Shown here: positions 39,680 to 45,277 of the stretch, piece after piece
Position numbering within the stretch: the first letter of the stretch is position 1
Layout of the letters: each line of letters starts with the position of its first letter
Virus record (IMG/VR): IMGVR_UViG_3300032216_000830
Span: 1-45,277 of that record
DNA: 45,277 nucleotides
From: a virus
Taxonomy: Duplodnaviria; Caudoviricetes
Strand: one strand, 5' to 3'
Made by a program: the position numbers and the translations under genes
Notes under the pieces: model-generated
Database searches by the model: none
Seen by the model: only the letters and a program-made list of their open reading frames with translations
What the model was told of the DNA's origin: nothing

Positions 39680-39832
39680 TTATTTTTTCTTTTTACCGGC
39701 TACTGCCATTTTAGTAAATTGCTCTTTGCCAAATTTTTTACGACCTATGTAAGCTGCAAGAGCATTTGCTCCTTCTTTGCTTACACCTTTTTTCTTATCT
39801 AGCTTAGATGCTAGCTGTGTGAATTTGCTCAT
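39680..39832 (-). CDS. 50-aa Lys-rich protein (not in ORF track)
   Basis: MSKFTQLASKLDKKKGVSKEGANALAAYIGRKKFGKEQFTKMAVAGKKKK. Confidence 0.7.
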   Translation of the reverse strand: MSKFTQLASKLDKKKGVSKEGANALAAYIGRKKFGKEQFTKMAVAGKKKK

Positions 39833-39834
39833 AA

Positions 39835-40086
39835 TTATGGTTTTTTAAATCCGTTCTTATCATAACCCGGCTTTCCTTTTAGCTTTTGTCTAGCCAAATC
39901 TTTATTACTAGCAGCTAATACATTAGATGCTACAGATATAGAAGAATAAGGTCCTTCATATGACTTAACAAGATTCTGAACATCTCTTTTTACTTTTTTC
40001 TTAAAGTATCCTGTACTGTCAGGTGTTGGTTTTTGATATTGAGTTGGAGCCGATGTTGGCGCTAATGGAAAATCTCTGTTTATCAT
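39835..40086 (-). CDS. small basic hypothetical protein
   Basis: 83 aa ending KGKPGYDKNGFKKP. Confidence 0.65.
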   Translation of the reverse strand: MINRDFPLAPTSAPTQYQKPTPDSTGYFKKKVKRDVQNLVKSYEGPYSSISVASNVLAASNKDLARQKLKGKPGYDKNGFKKP

Positions 40087-40113
40087 AATTTTATTTTTTG
40101 TTTTGTAAAGATA

Positions 40114-40452
40114 CTAAATTTTTGATACCCTATTACCCATACCTACTCTTGACTTCTCTGCTTTCTTTGCAGCTAGTTTAGAAGGAGATATCTCTGATTT
40201 CGTCTTTGGTGTTTGAGATGTTATTCTTTTACTTGGTCTGCAGTACTCATTACTACCTCCTGCCCCACACGCCTTGCCTGATTTTGTATCAACCCACTTC
40301 TCTGCTTGCCATCTTTTTAAACTTGTACCCTCTGTACTCTTTATCACATTTCCTGATGATTTCCTGCATTTTGCAATAGCCTGTGATGCTCTTGCTGAAG
40401 GAAACACATCATACTGTGATTTTACTTTTTTGTAACAAGCGTCTTTAGGCAT
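40114..40452 (-). CDS. small basic Cys-containing protein
   Basis: KDACYKKVK...SLKRWQAEKWVD...YCRPSKR. Confidence 0.7.
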   Translation of the reverse strand: MPKDACYKKVKSQYDVFPSARASQAIAKCRKSSGNVIKSTEGTSLKRWQAEKWVDTKSGKACGAGGSNEYCRPSKRITSQTPKTKSEISPSKLAAKKAEKSRVGMGNRVSKI

Positions 40453-40574
40453 TACTTTTTCTTTTTAACAGGAATACTTACATTCCCTTTTAAGAACTTC
40501 ATAGCTCCATCTAATGATTTCTTAGACTCAAACTTTGCAGCTTTCTTAACTATTTTTTTTATTGTAGTTGCCAT
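40452..40574 (-). CDS. 40-aa Lys-rich protein (not in ORF track)
   Basis: MATTIKKIVKKAAKFESKKSLDGAMKFLKGNVSIPVKKKK; TAATG-coupled downstream. Confidence 0.65.
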   Translation of the reverse strand: MATTIKKIVKKAAKFESKKSLDGAMKFLKGNVSIPVKKKK

Positions 40575-40578
40575 AGTA

Positions 40579-40869
40579 TTAATATTTACCTCTTCTTCCT
40601 TTTGGATTAGGAGTAGTAGCCCCTCCGGGACCTGCCCAAAGATTTTTACACGCCCAATATCTTGGTGTTAATTTATCATTTGCCGTATCGCAACCATGTC
40701 TTGCCTTGAAACTCTTACGAGCCGCAGCTGAGTAATTATTGCCATAACCTTTAGCTCCGAAGTGGAGGAGTTTTTCTTCTCCCCCACTACAAGCTTTTAC
40801 CATCTTTTTCTTGCCCGGTCTATCAGACGGAACAGGATGGTTACATTTCATATTTGACTTATCTGCCAT
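40579..40869 (-). CDS. small basic protein
   Basis: HFGAKGY...ARKSFKARHGC...RYWAC..LW. Confidence 0.7.
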   Translation of the reverse strand: MADKSNMKCNHPVPSDRPGKKKMVKACSGGEEKLLHFGAKGYGNNYSAAARKSFKARHGCDTANDKLTPRYWACKNLWAGPGGATTPNPKGRRGKY

Positions 40870-41030
40870 TAGTTAGATGGTGTATAAAAGTCACGACTAG
40901 GAGCCCCTACAGATTGAGTCTCAGTCTTTAATCCATTTGAAAGCGTAGCTACTTCTTCTGTAGTAGTAGTTACCTCTTGATCAATTACCTCTTCAGATAC
41001 TTGATCTGTAGTTGTTGGTTTCTTTGCCAT
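40869..41030 (-). CDS. 53-aa acidic Thr/Glu-rich protein (not in ORF track)
   Basis: MAKKPTTTDQVSEEVIDQEVTTTTEEVATL...SRDFYTPSN; TAATG-coupled downstream. Confidence 0.6.
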   Translation of the reverse strand: MAKKPTTTDQVSEEVIDQEVTTTTEEVATLSNGLKTETQSVGAPSRDFYTPSN

Positions 41031-41048
41031 TATTATTTTTTTTAAATA

Positions 41049-41231
41049 TTAATAAGCTTTTTTCTTAGTCATACCTTTGCCTTTAGCAGCAGCCATAACT
41101 TTAGATGTAGCGCCTGACTTTCCTTTCATTCCACCCATCTCTTTTGTTTTAGTTGCCATCTTACCACCACCTGAAGGCATTTGCATTCTTGAAGATGCAG
41201 GTAAGTTTGGTGTTGCTTTTGTCTTTGCCAT
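41049..41231 (-). CDS. 60-aa Lys/Met/Gly-rich protein
   Basis: Low-complexity basic ORF with an A-rich leader. Confidence 0.65.
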   Translation of the reverse strand: MAKTKATPNLPASSRMQMPSGGGKMATKTKEMGGMKGKSGATSKVMAAAKGKGMTKKKAY

Positions 41232-41249
41232 TTTTTTTTGTTTTTATTA

Positions 41250-41495
41250 TTATGAAAATTGTTGACCTAATCTTGTATTTAATCCTTGCAATCCTGATAT
41301 CCTACTTGATGCACTTGGACCTCTCTTTGATTTTTTCTGTTCGATAATCATATCCTTCAACTTCTTGTTCTCTGTTTGCAAATCGCTAACATCAGTAACC
41401 TGCTTATTCTTGAAGTTCATAGCATCTAGATCCTCAGCCAATGTAGTCTTCTTTACCTCAGGTTTTTTCTCTTCAGTTTTTTTATCTTTTGCCAT
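41250..41495 (-). CDS. hypothetical protein
   Basis: 81 aa, first gene of the small-gene cluster. Confidence 0.65.
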   Translation of the reverse strand: MAKDKKTEEKKPEVKKTTLAEDLDAMNFKNKQVTDVSDLQTENKKLKDMIIEQKKSKRGPSASSRISGLQGLNTRLGQQFS

Positions 41496-41511
41496 ATCTT
41501 TGTCAAAGATA
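41495..41511. promoter_or_regulatory. palindromic pair of -7 elements TATCTTTG-T-CAAAGATA
   Basis: Perfect 8-bp inverted repeat between divergent genes; each arm is a TAnnTTTG match. Confidence 0.65.
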
Positions 41512-41525
41512 ATAAATAAAATTAA

Positions 41526-41975
41526 ATGAAATCAAAAAGTAATTACCTCAAACATTGGAGGACCGTAAAATTTTATATCAAGGCTAAGTATGAACTTTCA
41601 GAAGCCGAACTTGAGTTAATCCTCTTCCTATCCTCAGAAGGATATTTTACCAAAGACGTATTCTTAGACTATGACCGCATCATGTCTTGGGACAGAAACA
41701 GATTCTGTAAGCTTATTAAAAATGGTTGGATAGATATCTTTAGAAAAAAAGTAAGAAGAGAAAAGCCTCTATACCAAATATCACGCAAGGCTGAGAAGAT
41801 GGTAACCACACTTTACAATATCTTAGATGGTAAAGACCTTGAGTTTAGAACAGTAGACCAAACAGTGTACAAGTCTGATGTGTCTTTCACCGATAAGTTC
41901 TATCAACGTATGCTAGAAAAAATGAAAGACGACTATAGCCGAAAAAGATTAGATAAGGAATTTAAAATCCTATAA
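41526..41975 (+). CDS. winged-helix (MarR-like) DNA-binding protein
   Basis: YELSEAELELILFL...KLIKNGWI...LYQISRKA; the only + gene inside the late region. Confidence 0.55.
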   Translation: MKSKSNYLKHWRTVKFYIKAKYELSEAELELILFLSSEGYFTKDVFLDYDRIMSWDRNRFCKLIKNGWIDIFRKKVRREKPLYQISRKAEKMVTTLYNILDGKDLEFRTVDQTVYKSDVSFTDKFYQRMLEKMKDDYSRKRLDKEFKIL

Positions 41976-42227
41976 TACAACAACAACATCACCTTCTCTG
42001 ATTATAGTATATGGAGTGTCATCTATGAGCATAGTAAAGCTATGTCCTTTATCGTAGTATATAGTATCGTCAGCCTTAATTGTAGTCACATCAGTTCCCG
42101 GAGCTACAACTAATCCTTTCTTATATCTGAACTGATTAGTGTCATCTCCAGACAGTATTAATCCTGACTGTGTCTTTACTTCTTCTTCAATCGATTTGAT
42201 TACTATGTATTTTCCTATTGGTTGCAT
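41970..42227 (-). CDS. groES: co-chaperonin GroES (start at MQPIGKY, 42227)
   Basis: QPIGKYIVIK..EEEVKTQSGLIL...GLVVAPG...YTIIREGDVVVVL. Confidence 0.88.
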   Translation of the reverse strand: MQPIGKYIVIKSIEEEVKTQSGLILSGDDTNQFRYKKGLVVAPGTDVTTIKADDTIYYDKGHSFTMLIDDTPYTIIREGDVVVVL

Positions 42228-42231
42228 AAAA

Positions 42232-42489
42232 TTAAAATTCAGTGTTTGCCCATATCGGGCCTTGCTCAACATTCTCGTATTGTGTTCTCAAGTGAGTCTC
42301 AAAATACTCAACAGCATCCTCAAATGGCAGCTCATCGTCAAACATAAGTATGTCTATGCACCTACTCACTGAGTATATCAACCGCGCTGAGTCCAAGCAG
42401 ACTCCAATCACTCCATCATTGAATCCGTCTATGGTTAAAAACTTGTCCTCAGGATATGCTCTAAGTATTTTATTTAACATCTGACTCAT
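42232..42489 (-). CDS. conserved-looking acidic hypothetical protein between groEL and groES
   Basis: DGFNDGVIGV...LIYS...EDAVEYF; overlaps the groEL stop. Confidence 0.65.
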   Translation of the reverse strand: MSQMLNKILRAYPEDKFLTIDGFNDGVIGVCLDSARLIYSVSRCIDILMFDDELPFEDAVEYFETHLRTQYENVEQGPIWANTEF

Positions 42490-44098
42490 AAGCTCTTGCG
42501 ATTGTAACGATAGCGTTGGTTGATAAAATTGTTACTGCTACACTCACCGCATTCTGTAACGCACTCCTTGTCACTTTCAACGGGTCAATAACACCCATCT
42601 TAATCAAGTCTCCAAACTCACCCGTCTTCAGATTATATCCGTGCCCATTCTCAACACCAATTGGATACACCTCAGAAGGCTTTAAACCCGCATTAGCGAG
42701 TATCTGTTGGAATGGAGACATAAGTGCTTCTCTAACGATATTAAGTGCAACCTCGTGCTCCGCAGCGTACAATATGCTAGGATCTAAATACAGCTCAGCA
42801 CTCTGCTCAAGTAGTGCCTTGCCTGCACCGGGAAGGATACCCTCCTCTAGTGCTGACCTTACTGCGCATACCGCATCGTCAACCCTATCGTACAACTCCT
42901 TCTGCTCTAGGTCAGTGTTACCGCCAACGAAGATTACACCTATACCACCTGTTAGTGAAGCGATACGCTCCAACAAGAAGTCTTTGTCATTCTTTTTCTT
43001 TGCCTGTGCGTGAGCGTCCCATAACTGCTTAACCCTTTCGTCAATAGCCTCTTGGTTTGCTCTTGCAGATGACTTAAGGATAACAGTCTTATCCTTGCTC
43101 ACAATAACCTTAGCTGCGTGTCCTAAGTCGCCAAAGTTAATATGGCTTAGGTCGTCACCTGTCTTCTCGCTGAAATATGTAGCGCCAACGCTAATGGCAA
43201 TGTCTTGCATCAGCTCGTGCTGCTTATATCCAAAGTTTGGCGGCGGCACCGCACATACTTTTAAATTCCCCTTCATCACATTCGCTGCCAATGTGTTTAC
43301 CACATTCGCATTGCACGGAGATATGATAAGTAATTTTTTCCCCTCAGTAATGATTGGCTTCAACACATTCTCCAACTGAAGGATATTCGCTATCTCAATG
43401 TCAGCTACTAAGACCATCACATCCTCAAATACACACTCATCTTTCTTTTGGTAATTGATGAACAGCGGACTGAAATACCCCCTGTCAAACTTTAACCCCA
43501 TAGTCGTCTCAGCATATGTCTCTGATGTCTGACTCTTCTCAACCGTAACGATACCTGTCTTACCCACGTCCTTATAAACCTCTGAGATAATTCTACCCGT
43601 CTCCTTGTCATTGTTCGCAGAGATTGTAGCCACATCACTTATCATCGCCTTCGAAACATTCTTAGCCTTCTTCTTCAACTTGTCCACCACACCATTGGAT
43701 ATCTCCACCATATGTCTCAACACCTCAGTGCGATTATGCGTCTCCGTTATGTACTGCAGTCCTCCCAAGACTAAAGCCTCCGTAAGGACAATGGCTGTTG
43801 TCGTTCCATCACCTGCGCTTGTCGCAGTCCTGTCCGCTGCCTCCTTCATCATCTTAACCGCAAGGTTCTCCACAGGATCAATCAAGTCAACAGCCTTAGC
43901 AACTGTGACGCCATCCTTAGTTACGGTTATACCGTGAGTATGTTGCGGTGATTCAATCAGCACAGTGTTACCACTTGGTCCTAACGTGCTCTTTACTGCA
44001 CGAGCCATCTTTGTAACACCATTAATAAGTTTGTTCCTCCCCTCCTGACCAAACTTTAAGTCCTTAGGTAAATAACTTGTGTTGTCTTTGAAGTCCAT
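42470..44098 (-). CDS. groEL: phage-encoded chaperonin GroEL (Cpn60)
   Basis: TLGP.G, TKDGVTVAK, GDGTTT, FDRGY.SP and GVIDP.KVTRSALQNA motifs; no GGM tail. Confidence 0.95.
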   Translation of the reverse strand: MDFKDNTSYLPKDLKFGQEGRNKLINGVTKMARAVKSTLGPSGNTVLIESPQHTHGITVTKDGVTVAKAVDLIDPVENLAVKMMKEAADRTATSAGDGTTTAIVLTEALVLGGLQYITETHNRTEVLRHMVEISNGVVDKLKKKAKNVSKAMISDVATISANNDKETGRIISEVYKDVGKTGIVTVEKSQTSETYAETTMGLKFDRGYFSPLFINYQKKDECVFEDVMVLVADIEIANILQLENVLKPIITEGKKLLIISPCNANVVNTLAANVMKGNLKVCAVPPPNFGYKQHELMQDIAISVGATYFSEKTGDDLSHINFGDLGHAAKVIVSKDKTVILKSSARANQEAIDERVKQLWDAHAQAKKKNDKDFLLERIASLTGGIGVIFVGGNTDLEQKELYDRVDDAVCAVRSALEEGILPGAGKALLEQSAELYLDPSILYAAEHEVALNIVREALMSPFQQILANAGLKPSEVYPIGVENGHGYNLKTGEFGDLIKMGVIDPLKVTRSALQNAVSVAVTILSTNAIVTIARAYESDVK

Positions 44099-44120
44099 TT
44101 GATTTAATTTGATTTGAAAC

Positions 44121-44128
44121 CAAAGATA
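44121..44128 (-). promoter_or_regulatory. -7 promoter element TATCTTTG for groEL operon
   Basis: TAnnTTTG match about 23 nt upstream of the groEL ATG. Confidence 0.6.
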
Positions 44129-44154
44129 AAGAGATTGGTTGAATTAACAAAATG

Positions 44155-44440
44155 ATGTCGGCAATTATAATGACTTCAACCCAATAAATTGGGTTGTGTC
44201 GATTTAAATGTCGGTTTATGTCGGGCTTATGTCGACAGAAGTATTGATTTTACTGCATTTGTGTTGAAATGTCGGTTTTTGAACCCTATACTCTCTATAT
44301 ATTTTATTCTCCTTTTATTATTTTTTTCTGAATAGAATCTCTCTTTAAAATCGACATTTTCGACATTACTATTAATAATCAATTAGTTATAGTATTATTT
44401 TCGACATAAAATCGACATAAAAAATGTCGATAATAGACAT
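44155..44440. repeat. symmetric array of (A/G)TGTCG / CGACAT hexamers around an AT-rich core (origin-like)
   Basis: Forward copies at 44155, 44196, 44208, 44218, 44229, 44269 and 44424; reverse copies at 44352, 44361, 44402 and 44413. Confidence 0.75.
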
Positions 44441-44535
44441 AAGTAAAGATAGTTAAACTAATATAATGAAAAAGCTTTATGGGTTTTATATAGAGTTGAA
44501 TAAAACTTTTAAGAAAACTAACTCTATATAGCAAC

Positions 44536-44563
44536 AAAAAAGGGCAAGTAGAAACAAGCCCTT
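44536..44563 (-). terminator. rho-independent terminator
   Basis: AAGGGC-UUGUUUCUACUU-GCCCUU followed by a U-tract, downstream of the 44591 stop. Confidence 0.7.
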
Positions 44564-44590
44564 GATCTTAACATAATCCAAAACACAATC

Positions 44591-44827
44591 TTACATTCCT
44601 TTCATATGACCCATCATCATATGTCCCTGATTCATTCCCTCAGCATAGATAGATATCTTCTCCATTCTCTTTAACATCTTCTTGGTCTCAACAGCCTTCT
44701 GAATACCTGTAGTAGAATTTGGTCTGTTGTTAATCATCATACCACACTCCATCGTTAATCCCGGACCCGCATTCTTCTGTTGGTATATACTGTTCTCTAA
44801 ACTTGGATTCATCTTTGAGTTATACAT
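44591..44827 (-). CDS. 78-aa Met-rich hypothetical protein (monocistronic)
   Basis: Flanked by its own -7 element (44858-44865) and terminator. Confidence 0.65.
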   Translation of the reverse strand: MYNSKMNPSLENSIYQQKNAGPGLTMECGMMINNRPNSTTGIQKAVETKKMLKRMEKISIYAEGMNQGHMMMGHMKGM

Positions 44828-44857
44828 AACTTATAATTTTTAAATGTTTACGATAAG

Positions 44858-44865
44858 CAAATATA
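44858..44865 (-). promoter_or_regulatory. -7 promoter element TATATTTG
   Basis: Upstream of the 44827 start. Confidence 0.55.
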
Positions 44866-45015
44866 CAAGTTTTTTTTGAATATCAGAAATGTATAGGTGG
44901 TGGATAACCCCCCCATTTGGCGATGCCGGCCCCCGAACCGAAACCGATATTTTTTTCGGTAGGGGGGTATCGATTCCGAAATTCCCTTGCAGATTTTTTG
45001 GCGTTTTGGTAGGTC

Positions 45016-45245
45016 ACTAACGGCTACGGCTACCCGAAGGTTGATTGATGTTACAACATTGATGTTGTAACATTGATGTTGTAACATTGACCACTCACTA
45101 ACGGCAACGCTTACCCGAAACTAACAAGCGTTAGTAAAAAAAACTAACGAACGTTAGTTAGTTTATGCATAGACTAACGATTACCCTTACACGAAGTTTT
45201 ACAATTTTGATTTTCATACTAAACTAACGGCAACGCATATACGAA
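45016..45245. repeat. four degenerate 23-bp direct repeats with palindrome-containing spacers
   Basis: ACTAACG-N-CGAA units at 45016, 45097, 45173 and 45223; a 14-bp tandem x3 at 45045-45086. Confidence 0.75.
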
Positions 45246-45277
45246 GAAAAAATAGTGGAGCATTAAACATATTATAA

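Noticed and set aside
42228-42272. N-terminal extension of GroES in the ORF track
   Set aside because: It overlaps the upstream gene. The GroES fold begins at MQPIGKY (42227).
42470-44098. Host chromosomal groEL (prophage boundary or contamination)
   Set aside because: The sequence is divergent, lacks the GGM tail, has reversed order with groES, has phage-like neighbours on both sides, and shares a leader motif with head genes.
44848-45087. 79-aa ORF across the terminal repeats
   Set aside because: It runs through tandem repeats, a GC-run hairpin and a promoter element, so it is probably non-coding.
45016-45245. CRISPR mini-array
   Set aside because: Repeats are degenerate, spacers are uneven (58/53/27 bp) and themselves repetitive or palindromic, and there are no cas genes.
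1-45277. Stop-codon reassignment, inteins/introns, integrase, tRNAs, diversity-generating retroelement
   Set aside because: Genes tile densely in the standard code. I saw no interrupted terL or MCP, recombinase, cloverleaf or reverse transcriptase.

Overview
This window is most of a tailed dsDNA phage genome with podovirus-like architecture. The host is most likely a Bacteroidota species, because TAnnTTTG -7 promoter elements recur upstream of operons and the leaders are AT-rich without Shine-Dalgarno sequences. The left end (1-2949, +) is the tail of a replication/nuclease operon: a 5'-truncated SNF2-type helicase, an HNH-like protein, a VRR-NUC nuclease, a DnaA-domain-IV-like HTH and a PD-(D/E)xK nuclease. 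Nearly everything else is on the - strand. Read right to left it runs: a repeat-rich non-coding terminus/origin-like region; phage groEL, an intervening ORF and groES; a single + strand wHTH gene; a run of tiny Lys-rich genes; a head-spike-base homolog; holin candidates and an M15 endolysin; a Dps/ferritin-like gene; a fibre; a tandem-GroES-like gene; terS, terL, portal, scaffold and major capsid; tail ring and nozzle genes with Cys-rich extensions; a GNAT-like gene; three putative ejected proteins (up to 2400 aa); a metallophosphoesterase and an HExxH protein. The most notable signals are (i) a three-part phage chaperonin system, (ii) a candidate ~55-nt stand-alone sRNA whose GUUUCUAC hairpin loop recurs in a second terminator, (iii) a symmetric iteron/IHF origin-like element, (iv) a perfectly palindromic face-to-face promoter pair and (v) a nested repeat array at the right end. 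All product calls come from motif recognition by eye; no searches were run.
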